A stretch of 64,000 nt of DNA from Thermoplasmata archaeon UBA61 (GTDB taxonomy: Archaea > Thermoplasmatota > Thermoplasmata > Lutacidiplasmatales > UBA184), in NCBI GenBank assembly GCA_002503985.1, contig DASW01000007.1:108435-172434 (forward strand), given 5' to 3'. The notes below the pieces were generated by a model. That model was not told the origin of the DNA. It saw only the letters and a program-made list of their open reading frames with translations, and did no database searches. A program made the translations under genes and the position numbers. Of this stretch, positions 9,937 through 18,857 are shown piece after piece; within the stretch, counting starts at the first letter, position 1, and each line of letters begins with the position of its first letter.

Positions 9937-11138
9937 GGCTTCGCCCTCCGCGGGGACATGCACGCCTCCAAGATCGTCTCCGGCGAGATGACCTGTCCAC
10001 CGGGATTGCCGACGTGGACCACCTCGGCGTAGGGCCCGGCGATCCTTCGTACTTCGAGCACTACCTGGCCCAGGTTGATCTCCGCCACGACGATCTTCGT
10101 GACGTTCTTGAGCGAACGGAGCTGTTCCGCAGGGAAGGGCCAGACGGAGATCGGCCGGAACAGGCCGAGGGCGAGACCCTTCTCCCGGCCGAGGTCCACC
10201 GCTCGGCGGGCCGATCGCGCGGTGATCCCGTAGGCGACCACGAGGGTCGTCGCGTCCTCCGTCTTGTAGAGGCCGAGCCGTTCGTAGACGTCTCGGTTCT
10301 TCAGAATCTTGTCTCGCAGTCGGGGCACGAGAACCTTCTGGGCAGCGTACGTGGTGACGGGCCGCCCGTCCTCGTCGTGCGTGAGCCCGGTGAACAGGAC
10401 CGAGTATCCCTCCCCGGCGAGCGCCATGGGGGGCACCAGGTCCGGCCCGGGCCGGTAGGTATGGTACTCCTCCGGGGGGACAGTAGCTCTCGGTCGGGCG
10501 ACCAGCGGGATCTCTCCGGGAGGAGGGATGACGACCCGCTCGTGCATGTGACCCACGACCTCGTCCATCATCAGGAGGACCGGGGTCCTCAGCCGCTCCG
10601 CCACGTTGAACGCGTGAATGGTGAGGTTGAACGCCTCTTGGGGAGACTGGGGAGAGAGTGAGATCGATGTGAAGTCGCCGTGCGGGCCGAAACGGGCCTG
10701 CATCATGTCCTGCTGGCCCACGGTGGTGGGGAGACCGGTGCTCGGTCCGCCACGTTGGACGTCCACCACCACCGTGGGCACCTCCATCATGTAGGCCAGA
10801 CCGAGGTTCTCCATCATCAGGGAGAATCCCGGGCCGGAGGTCGCGGTCATGCTCTTGGCGCCCGTCACGCTCGCACCCAGGATCGCGATCATGGAGGCGA
10901 TCTCGTCCTCCATCTGGATGTACTGGCCCCCGACTTCCGGGAGCCGTTCCGCGAGCCGCTCCGCGATCTCGGTGGCGGGGGTGATAGGGTAGCCGGCGAA
11001 GAATCGGCAGCCGGCATAGAGCGCACCCTCGGCGCAGGCGTGGTCCCCGGAGAGGAACTGCGTGCCGGTACGGGGGCGGTCCCACACGGGGGAAAGGATC
11101 AGATTCGGGGGCTCGGTCACGCTCCGGGCTTCGCTCAT
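9933..11138 (-). CDS. korA: 2-oxoacid:ferredoxin oxidoreductase alpha subunit
   Basis: FAGYPITPATEI, QMEDEIAS, TATSGPGFSLM, QRGGPSTGLPT. Confidence 0.92.
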   Translation of the reverse strand: MSEARSVTEPPNLILSPVWDRPRTGTQFLSGDHACAEGALYAGCRFFAGYPITPATEIAERLAERLPEVGGQYIQMEDEIASMIAILGASVTGAKSMTATSGPGFSLMMENLGLAYMMEVPTVVVDVQRGGPSTGLPTTVGQQDMMQARFGPHGDFTSISLSPQSPQEAFNLTIHAFNVAERLRTPVLLMMDEVVGHMHERVVIPPPGEIPLVARPRATVPPEEYHTYRPGPDLVPPMALAGEGYSVLFTGLTHDEDGRPVTTYAAQKVLVPRLRDKILKNRDVYERLGLYKTEDATTLVVAYGITARSARRAVDLGREKGLALGLFRPISVWPFPAEQLRSLKNVTKIVVAEINLGQVVLEVRRIAGPYAEVVHVGNPGGQVISPETILEACMSPRRAKP

Positions 11139-11422
11139 GGTGAGTCCTCCACCACGTAGATCGCATAGTCCGGGCAAACGTGCTCACAGAACCGACAGGC
11201 GATGCAGTCGCCCTCCTTCCCGGTCTTCACGCGGGCGGGTCGGTACCCCCGGGGGGTGTAGTGGTCGGAGATCTCCAGCACCTCCTCCGGGCAGAACTGG
11301 ACACAGAAATTGCACTCCTTGCACCGGAGCTCGATGACGTGGACCGTCCCGTGGTGACGGGTGGGCTTATCGATAGGAGCGCGCGACCCATGCGATGTTT
11401 GGAGGCTATTCGCGATAGCCAT
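11135..11422 (-). CDS. korD: 2-oxoacid:ferredoxin oxidoreductase delta subunit (2x[4Fe-4S] ferredoxin)
   Basis: CKECNFCVQFCP and CIACRFCEHVCPDYAI; ATGA overlap with korA; start could be GTG 11428. Confidence 0.88.
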   Translation of the reverse strand: MAIANSLQTSHGSRAPIDKPTRHHGTVHVIELRCKECNFCVQFCPEEVLEISDHYTPRGYRPARVKTGKEGDCIACRFCEHVCPDYAIYVVEDSP

Positions 11423-11642
11423 GTTCACGACTCAGCGCGGGTGCGGTCGGTACAACGGGGGGCCAAGGCCATCCCGGGCGTCGTTACCACGATAAGCACA
11501 GGTTGGTACGGAACGCATGAGCGCGTAGTCAAGCTATATTGACGCACGGGAACCGCTTAATCCTTCGGAATCAGGACCCGAGGGCAGTTCAAGGGCTCCG
11601 GAGCGCGGTACGTTCGAGTGAGTTCGTAGGGGAGAAATCGCC

Positions 11643-13268
11643 ATGATGGATGAAAGAGGAGGTCCCGAAGAGGACCAGCCGCCGCTGGCCAGCTCGACCT
11701 CTCCTACTCCCAAGACCGCCGAAACCTTCGACCGACACTACGCCAACCGCGTCATGCTACTCCTGGCCGGGGTCGTCCTCGTGGTCCTCTACATCGAGGG
11801 GATGCTCCTACCGTCCCTGAACACGATTCAGTTGGACTTCCACGTCGACGCCGCCCAGGTCACGTTGATCCTATCGGCCTACGCCGCCACGGGCGTAGCG
11901 CTCAGCCCGGTGGTCGGCAAGCTCGGGGACATCTACGGGAAGCGGAAGGTCATGATCGTGGTCATGTTCACCTACGCGGCGTCCGTCTCCGTCACCGGCT
12001 TCTCGCCCAACTTCGCTTTCATGGTAGGGGCGCGGACCATCCAGGGCGTCGGCCTGACGATCATGCCGCTCGGGATGTCGCTCATGCGGGAGGAGTTCCC
12101 CCGCGAGATGGTCCCCCGGGCCCAAGGACTCCTGAGCGCTATGTTCGGTATCGGCTTCGCGATCAGCCTTCCGCTCGGGTCGTGGGTCTCCCAGGATTAC
12201 GGGTGGCGAACGACCTACCACTCGGCGGTGCCGTTCGTGATCCTCATGGCTGTCTTGGTCTTCCTCCTGGTCAAGGAGTCCCCGTACCGCCGACCCGACA
12301 CGCGCGTCGACTATCTCGGGGCGGTATTTCTGGGCCTCAGCCTAGCGGGCATCGTGATCGCCCTTTCCCAGGGAGAGGCGTGGGGATGGACCTCGCTGAT
12401 GACCTTGGGCTTCGCCGTGTTCGGGGTGCTCATGGTCGTCCCGTTCGTGGTGGTCGAGAGGAGGTTGACCGTTCAGAAGCGCGAACCCATCGTCGACCAG
12501 CACCTGCTCCGAGAGAGGAACGTGGCGGTCACGAACATCGTCCTGACCGTCGCCGGTCTCGGGATGTACCTGGCGATGTTCAGTCTGATCTACCAGTTCG
12601 AGTACCCAATCGCCTCTGGGGGATACAATGCCTCGTGCACCTCGCTCCTGAACTGCAACTTTCAGATCCTCAACGCCGGTATCGATATCCTTCCGTTGGC
12701 CGTTGGGATGACCTGCTTCGCCCTGTTCACTAGCTTCGTGGTCTCCCGAGTAGGCATCAAGCCGCTCGCCCTCGCCGGTGGTCTCATCACGGCCCTAGGT
12801 TTCGTCTTGGAGGCCTACGCCCGTACGCTGGGGGTCGCTCTGGGCATCGAGGTGCTCGTCGGGGCCGGAATGGGCCTTCTCAACGCCTCGATCATCAACC
12901 TCCTGATCCTGACCGTGGACCCCAAGGACATGGGCCAGGCCACGGCGATGAACAACGTGTTCCGCAACGTGGGAGGCAGCGTGGGCGCTCCCGTCGCCGG
13001 TTCGTTCCTCTCCACGTACCTTCTGACCACGGGACCCTTCGCCGGGGTTTTCCCGGCTCACATGGCGTTCCAGTCCGTCTACTTCCTCGCCGCAGGGATC
13101 ACTGTGGCCGGGACCGTGACCGTCCTATTCGCTCAGGAAGTTCTCGGGGTCCGTCGGCACGCGAAGTTTGCCCATCACCCAATGCTACCGCGCAGGGCCT
13201 GGAGGGGCCGCGATGCGCCCGCACCGGCGGACCCGACCCCGGCGCCTCTGCTCAGTCGTGGGCCTTGA
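11643..13268 (+). CDS. MFS transporter, DHA2-like (about 14 TM helices)
   Basis: Motif A (GKLGDIYGKRKV), ARTIQGVG, many hydrophobic helices. Confidence 0.9.
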   Translation: MMDERGGPEEDQPPLASSTSPTPKTAETFDRHYANRVMLLLAGVVLVVLYIEGMLLPSLNTIQLDFHVDAAQVTLILSAYAATGVALSPVVGKLGDIYGKRKVMIVVMFTYAASVSVTGFSPNFAFMVGARTIQGVGLTIMPLGMSLMREEFPREMVPRAQGLLSAMFGIGFAISLPLGSWVSQDYGWRTTYHSAVPFVILMAVLVFLLVKESPYRRPDTRVDYLGAVFLGLSLAGIVIALSQGEAWGWTSLMTLGFAVFGVLMVVPFVVVERRLTVQKREPIVDQHLLRERNVAVTNIVLTVAGLGMYLAMFSLIYQFEYPIASGGYNASCTSLLNCNFQILNAGIDILPLAVGMTCFALFTSFVVSRVGIKPLALAGGLITALGFVLEAYARTLGVALGIEVLVGAGMGLLNASIINLLILTVDPKDMGQATAMNNVFRNVGGSVGAPVAGSFLSTYLLTTGPFAGVFPAHMAFQSVYFLAAGITVAGTVTVLFAQEVLGVRRHAKFAHHPMLPRRAWRGRDAPAPADPTPAPLLSRGP

Positions 13269-14130
13269 AGAACTCGACGAGCGTCCGCATGAAGGCCGCG
13301 CGCTCCTCCCAAAAGGGCACGTGGGAGCTCTCCTCGAAGACCATCTGACGCGCCCCGGGAATGTGGTCGCGGATCTGGCGCGCGACGTTGGGCGTGACCT
13401 CGTCGTATCGGCCGCCGGTGACCAAGGTGGGCACGTGGATTGTGGAGAGGCGGGGTGTGAGGTCGATGTCCTTGATCGTTCCCGTGATCGTGAACTCGTT
13501 CGGCCCGTTCATCCGCTCGTAGACGTCGGGGTTGGTCTCGGCGAGCGCGCGGGTAAGCTCCGGCGGGAACACCGGCAGTCGGCAGAGATGACGGTGATAG
13601 AACTCGTCCACGGCCTGGAGGTATTCCGGGTGATGGAACTCGCCGAGGCGGCCGTACTTCTCAATGACCGCGCGGGTCCCCTCGGGGAGCTCCCCGATCA
13701 ACCGCCACATCTCGGCAGTGGTGAACGGGACGTCAGCGAGGCCACCGATCGTCACGAGGGTCTTGAGGTGGTCTTGATGTTGGATCGCGTACGCGAGCGC
13801 GAGGAGCCCTCCGTAGCTCGAGCCCACGAGGTGGACCCGGCCGAGGTCGAGCGCTCGGCGCACTCCCTCGACCTCCTGGACGTTATGCTCGAGCGTGTAG
13901 ACCGAGGGGTCGGGGGACCGCTCGGACTTCCCGCATCCGACCTGGTCCATGAACACCACGCGATAACCGTGGTCCGTCAGGTCGGCGAGAGGGACGAGGT
14001 ACTCGTGGTGCGCCCCCGGCCCTCCGTGGAGGGCGAGCACCGTGCTCGTGTAGGAAGCGGGTTCGAACGTTCGATAGTAGACCCGAAAGCCTGCCGACGC
14101 CACGAAGCCCTCGTATTCGCGAACGGTCAC
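13252..14130 (-). CDS. pip: Proline iminopeptidase (tricorn-interacting factor F1-like alpha/beta hydrolase)
   Basis: HGGPG, DQVGCGKS, nucleophile GSSYGG, MNGPNEF, SSHVPFWEE; GTG start inferred. Confidence 0.88.
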   Translation of the reverse strand: MTVREYEGFVASAGFRVYYRTFEPASYTSTVLALHGGPGAHHEYLVPLADLTDHGYRVVFMDQVGCGKSERSPDPSVYTLEHNVQEVEGVRRALDLGRVHLVGSSYGGLLALAYAIQHQDHLKTLVTIGGLADVPFTTAEMWRLIGELPEGTRAVIEKYGRLGEFHHPEYLQAVDEFYHRHLCRLPVFPPELTRALAETNPDVYERMNGPNEFTITGTIKDIDLTPRLSTIHVPTLVTGGRYDEVTPNVARQIRDHIPGARQMVFEESSHVPFWEERAAFMRTLVEFFKAHD

Positions 14131-14277
14131 GCCCCCGGGAAACGCCCTCGAAGAAAAGGTCATGCCGAGGTGAGAGAAGACGCGAGCTTCGGCGTGTCCG
14201 GGAGGCCGGACGGCCTTCCCCCGGCGGGGCTGGCGCGCGAACAGTTCATCATCGAGGGGTCCTCTCGCTCCTCGTCC

Positions 14278-14760
14278 ATGAAGGCGATTCAGGACTACTA
14301 TCCGGACGAGCTGGCCCACTGCCTCGGTTGCGGACGGCTGAACGAGCACGGGCACCACCTGCGAACCTTCTGGGACGGCGAGACGAGCGAAACTCGGTTC
14401 ACCCCGCAGCCGTTCCATACGGCCCTCCCCGGGTTCGTGAACGGGGGGTTGCTCGCGTCCCTCATCGACTGTCACGCGACGGGAACGGCCGCGGCCGCCG
14501 CGTACCACGCCGAGGGACGGGAGATGGACACCTTGCCGGCCCATCGGTTCGTCACCGCCTCGCTCCGGGTCGACTACCTTCGACCGACGCCGCTGGGCCC
14601 GGAGCTTCTCCTACGCGGCCACGTCCGCTCGATCTCGGGACGAAAGGTCGTGGTCGAGGTCACCGTCTCCGTCGGAGGAGAGACCACCGTACGGGGCGAG
14701 GTCATCGCGGTCGAGATGCCCGATTCGATGCGGCCACGGCCGACGAGCACCTCCTCGTGA
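14278..14760 (+). CDS. PaaI-family (hotdog-fold) thioesterase
   Basis: HCLGCG, GFVNGGLLASLIDCH, FVTASLRVDYLRPTPLG. Confidence 0.85.
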   Translation: MKAIQDYYPDELAHCLGCGRLNEHGHHLRTFWDGETSETRFTPQPFHTALPGFVNGGLLASLIDCHATGTAAAAAYHAEGREMDTLPAHRFVTASLRVDYLRPTPLGPELLLRGHVRSISGRKVVVEVTVSVGGETTVRGEVIAVEMPDSMRPRPTSTSS

Positions 14761-14814
14761 CCGGGATGGGCCGGGATAGGCAGCGATGAAGTACGCGGGG
14801 ACGATACGCGTTCC

Positions 14815-15801
14815 ATGAAGCCCCGTCGGCTGGGCCGTGATGGGCCCCTCGTCTCGGCGATCGGTCTCGGGTGCATGGGCATGTCGCAGTCGTACGGGCG
14901 ACCCGACGAGGCGGAGGCGGTCGCAACCCTCCATCGGGCCCTCGACCTCGGTATCACCTTCCTCGACACCGCCGACGTCTACGGCCCGTTCACGAACGAG
15001 GAGCTCGTGGGACGCGCCATCCGAGAACGGCGGGACGAGGTCTTCCTGGCGACCAAGTGCGGGCTGCTGTCCGACACGAGCGGCGGTCCGATGGGCGTGG
15101 ACGGAAGCCCGGACCACATCCGCGCGGCGTGCCACGCGAGCTTGCGCCGTCTCGGCGTTCAAACCATCGACCTCTACTACCTGCACCGGGTCGACCCCCG
15201 CACTCCGATAGAGGAGAGCGTCCGGGCCATGGCGGGCCTGGTCGACGAGGGCAAGGTGCGCTATCTCGGGCTCTCCGAGGTCTCCCCACGGACGCTCCGG
15301 CGAGCCCACGCGGTCCACCCCATCACCGCGGTGCAGAGCGAGTACTCTCTGTGGACCCGAGAGCCCGAGGCCGGCGTGCTCCCCGCGTGCCGCGAGCTCG
15401 GCGTCGGCTTCGTGCCGTTCAGCCCGCTCGGCCGCGGCTTCTTTTCCGGTACGGTTCGCACCCTTGAGGGACTTCCGGCCAACGACTTCCGTCGTCGGCT
15501 CCCCCGCTTCCAAGAGGGGAACCTCGGCGAGAACCTGGGACTGGTCGACCGCCTCGGAACGATCGCCCGTGAGAAAGGCTGCACACCCGCCCAGCTCGCC
15601 CTCGCCTGGCTCCTCGCCCAAGGGGACGACATCGTGCCGATCCCGGGCACCAAGCGCCGGAAGTTCCTCGAAGAGAACGCGGCGGCCACAGAGGTCTCGC
15701 TTTCGGCATCGGACCTCGAGCGCATCGGAGCCGCCATCCCGAAAGGTTCGGTGGCTGGGGACCGCTATTCCCCCGAGAGCTTCGCGCTCATCGAACGGTA
15801 G
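14815..15801 (+). CDS. Aldo/keto reductase
   Basis: [44 protein letters not shown]. Confidence 0.93.
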   Translation: MKPRRLGRDGPLVSAIGLGCMGMSQSYGRPDEAEAVATLHRALDLGITFLDTADVYGPFTNEELVGRAIRERRDEVFLATKCGLLSDTSGGPMGVDGSPDHIRAACHASLRRLGVQTIDLYYLHRVDPRTPIEESVRAMAGLVDEGKVRYLGLSEVSPRTLRRAHAVHPITAVQSEYSLWTREPEAGVLPACRELGVGFVPFSPLGRGFFSGTVRTLEGLPANDFRRRLPRFQEGNLGENLGLVDRLGTIAREKGCTPAQLALAWLLAQGDDIVPIPGTKRRKFLEENAAATEVSLSASDLERIGAAIPKGSVAGDRYSPESFALIER

Positions 15802-15869
15802 CGCCCGAAACGGGGCCGAGCAGGACCTCGAACCGCGGGTTCAAGTGGGAGGAGGGATGTTCCACCACG

Positions 15870-16745
15870 ATGGCCGCCCGCTTCTGTTCCCACTGCGGTA
15901 GCCCCCTCGTTGCGAACAGCAGCTTCTGTGCGTCGTGCGGAGCACCGGTCGGCGGCATTCCACCGCCACCGGCTCCGCCGGGAACTCCCCCTCCGCTGAC
16001 CTTCCCCGCCCCGCCGCCCTACGCCCCCTACCCCCCGTACGCGTCGGCCTATCCGGCCGCGGGCGGAGGCCCTCCGCCCTTTGGCGAAGCAGACCGGAAT
16101 GCGCTATCCCATGTGAGCCTCGCGGCCATTTTGGGGTTGGTCGGCGCCGTGCTCATCATCGTGGTGCCGCTGTTCACCCCCTTGTTCGCCTTCACGAGTG
16201 CCTCGACGGTCGGGTCCGGGACATCCGTCTCCCTGGACCTGTCGGGGCTCTTCCTACTGGCAACCACGGGCGCCATAACGCTGGTCTTCACCGTAATCGA
16301 GCTCTGGTTCTTCCGACAGGCGTTCGGAACGCTCGCCGTCGGGGATCGACGGTTCTCGACCCCCGCCACGTTGACCTTGCTCGCCCTCCTCGCCTTGATC
16401 ATCATCGTCGTGGCAGTGGTTGCCCTGGTCGCGGTCGTGTACCAGGCGATCCTTTGTGCGGGAGTGGGGAACACCATCACCTCGACCTGCCTCAACGTCG
16501 GGGCGGCCTTGGCGATGATTGCCGTGGTGGCCATCGCGGCGATTGTCCTACTGGTAGGATACATCGGTCTTTTGATCGGGATCTGGCGGCTCGGAACGCG
16601 TTACGGACAGGGGATGTTTCAGGCCGGCGCGATCCTTCTCATATTCCCTCTATTGGGAATCGTGGGGCTCATCCTGATCCTGGTCGCGGCGCGGTCCGTA
16701 CGCGGAAAGTTCGACAGCACTGCGTACCCGATGACGTTCGGTTGA
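15870..16745 (+). CDS. Zinc-ribbon, Pro-rich, multi-TM membrane protein (DUF973-like)
   Basis: N-terminal CSHCG...CASCG, proline-rich linker, about 5-6 TM helices ending GIWRLG...AGAILLIFP. Confidence 0.7.
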   Translation: MAARFCSHCGSPLVANSSFCASCGAPVGGIPPPPAPPGTPPPLTFPAPPPYAPYPPYASAYPAAGGGPPPFGEADRNALSHVSLAAILGLVGAVLIIVVPLFTPLFAFTSASTVGSGTSVSLDLSGLFLLATTGAITLVFTVIELWFFRQAFGTLAVGDRRFSTPATLTLLALLALIIIVVAVVALVAVVYQAILCAGVGNTITSTCLNVGAALAMIAVVAIAAIVLLVGYIGLLIGIWRLGTRYGQGMFQAGAILLIFPLLGIVGLILILVAARSVRGKFDSTAYPMTFG

Positions 16746-16873
16746 CGTTCTGCCCCCCTCGGGAGTACGCGAGCCGTGGTCCATCGAACGAAGTGGATAG
16801 CATTCTAGCTCGTTACGCGGCGGTGCGCTCGACCTAATGGGGCTCCCGGCACTTCGACGATCGGGGGAGATTC

Positions 16874-17839
16874 GTGAAGGCCGCCATCGTTCGGGAGTTC
16901 GGGCATCCTCCGTACTACGGGGACTTCGCCGAACCCACGCCGCTACCGGGCGAAACCGTGGTGTCCGTCACGGCGACGGCGGTAAGTCCTCTCGTTCGAG
17001 GACGCGCCTCCGGCGCGCACTACAGCGCGGACTCCACGCTGCCGCTCGTCCCCGGTGTGGACGGCGTAGGGCGGACCCCGGAAGGGCGACGGGTCTACTT
17101 CGGGTTCCCGAGGCCGCCCTTCGGGTCGATGGCCGAGCGGGTGGCGGTATCGGCAGACCGACTGATGCCGCTCCCGGACAGCCTGGGCGACGCGACCGCC
17201 GCCGCGGCGGCGAACCCGGGCATGTCGTGTTGGGTCCCGCTCACGATTCTCGCTCCGGTCCGCCCGGGAGAGTCGGTGCTTGTCAACGGCGCCACCGGCG
17301 CTGCGGGGCGGATGGCGGTCCAGGTCGCGAAGCACCTCGGCGCGCGGAAGGTGATCGCGACCGGGCGCGACGAGGCGAAGCTCCGAACGCTACCGGAGCT
17401 GGGCGCGGACGTCGTCCTCTCCCTGGGCCAGAGCGCCGAGTCGCTGCGCGAGGCGGTGCGGAAGGAGGCGCGCGAATGCGAGGTCGGCGTCGTGCTCGAT
17501 TACCTGTGGGGCCCGCCCGCGGAGACGATCCTCTCTGCGCTCGGGGGACCGGGCGCGCCCCGAGGAGCGGCCCGCATCCGGTACGTGCATATCGGGAGCC
17601 TGGCCGGTAACACGATCTCGCTCGCAGGGGCGCCGCTCCGGAGCTCGGGCGTCGAGATCCTCGGGAGCGGCCTCGGAAGCTCGACCGACAAAGACCTCGT
17701 GACCGGCATCGGTCAGTTCTTGGAGGCCTGCGCCAGCGCACGGTTCCGGATCGCGATCGACGTCCACCCCCTTTCAGAGGTAGAGCAGGTGTGGACCCGG
17801 ACCACCGGGGAGAAACGGCTCGTCTTCCGCGTCCCGTAG
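16874..17839 (+). CDS. MDR-family NADPH:quinone oxidoreductase-like protein
   Basis: VPGVDGVG, VLVNGATGAAG Rossmann motif, VVLDYLWG. Confidence 0.88.
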   Translation: MKAAIVREFGHPPYYGDFAEPTPLPGETVVSVTATAVSPLVRGRASGAHYSADSTLPLVPGVDGVGRTPEGRRVYFGFPRPPFGSMAERVAVSADRLMPLPDSLGDATAAAAANPGMSCWVPLTILAPVRPGESVLVNGATGAAGRMAVQVAKHLGARKVIATGRDEAKLRTLPELGADVVLSLGQSAESLREAVRKEARECEVGVVLDYLWGPPAETILSALGGPGAPRGAARIRYVHIGSLAGNTISLAGAPLRSSGVEILGSGLGSSTDKDLVTGIGQFLEACASARFRIAIDVHPLSEVEQVWTRTTGEKRLVFRVP

Positions 17840-17940
17840 GACCGCCCTCCGCCTTCGTAGGGCTCCCGGCCCGGGCCAATTCCAAATGTGCGCCTGCGAA
17901 ACGTGGCCTATCCAGCGGACGTGGAAGGGGAGCGGGCGGA

Positions 17941-18666
17941 CTACCTGGGACCGCGGGTCCCGGAGGCGACGTCCAGGTCGACCCGCTCCCGGAGACCGAT
18001 CCAGCGATCGACGTCCAGCGTCTTGTGGGCCATCCGCACCCAGTCCGGGAAGCGGGCGGTCCCCGGGCCCTTCTTGAGTCCCGAGAACAGCACGACCAGT
18101 TCTTCCTGGTTCAGGGAGGGGAGCGTCCAGCGCATCCACGTCTCGAACAGGGAGAGTGGGAGATTATCGTAGAACTCGGCCCTCATCGCGCGGAGCTGCT
18201 CGTCCGTGAACCGCTCCCACAAGAGCGGTACCAAGGTCGCCTCCTCGTTGTTCATGTGCGAGAGGTAGAACGCGCACAGGTCGTTCACTTCGAGGTCCAG
18301 ACGGTCCCCTACCTCGACGCGACGAGCGGATGAGGTGAGGGTCAAGATCTCGTCACACGTCTTTGCGACGCCGTAGATGCGACGGGCCGCCTCAGCGTGT
18401 TCCCGCATCATCAGGTCGATGGCGTCGGGGTCGTGGACCCGCAACCGGGAGAAGATGTCGTTCTCCTCGTGGCCGGAATGAGCGCGGAGGAGGCAGAGGA
18501 TGCAGTTCGAAAGGGACCCCTCGAGGTCCTTCTTCAGTTGGGAGACGAACTGGTTCGACTCGGCCACGTCGGCGAAGTCCGTGGTCTGCAGCCGGCTTCC
18601 AAGGTCGTAGAGCATCGTACGGATGCCCTTGTGGATGGGCCGGAAGAGATTCTCTCGATCGCTCAT
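17941..18666 (-). CDS. Hemerythrin-domain protein
   Basis: IHKGIR, HSGHEE, EH and HMNNEE His/Glu di-iron pattern. Confidence 0.8.
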   Translation of the reverse strand: MSDRENLFRPIHKGIRTMLYDLGSRLQTTDFADVAESNQFVSQLKKDLEGSLSNCILCLLRAHSGHEENDIFSRLRVHDPDAIDLMMREHAEAARRIYGVAKTCDEILTLTSSARRVEVGDRLDLEVNDLCAFYLSHMNNEEATLVPLLWERFTDEQLRAMRAEFYDNLPLSLFETWMRWTLPSLNQEELVVLFSGLKKGPGTARFPDWVRMAHKTLDVDRWIGLRERVDLDVASGTRGPR

Positions 18667-18857
18667 GTCGGACGCCAGTAAGCGGGCGTGCGGTCGGGGA
18701 TGGTATAAGACCTCGTCGTCCCAGGTAAAAAGTTCTCGACGACCGACGGAGACGAGGGCGGCTCGTGAGGGCACCCTACGGCGGCTGGCTCGGGTTCCAC
18801 CGCGTGACGGACCCGGCCCTGCCATCAGGGAAACCGAACCGGAGGGTGCCCGCTAGA

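Noticed and set aside
9070-11187. 705-aa ORF as a fused KOR subunit
   Set aside because: Its first ~417 codons are an off-frame overlap of korA; the real korB starts at ATG 9936
13168-14760. 530-aa ORF
   Set aside because: Its N-terminal part is the antisense shadow of pip; only 14278..14760 looks like a real protein
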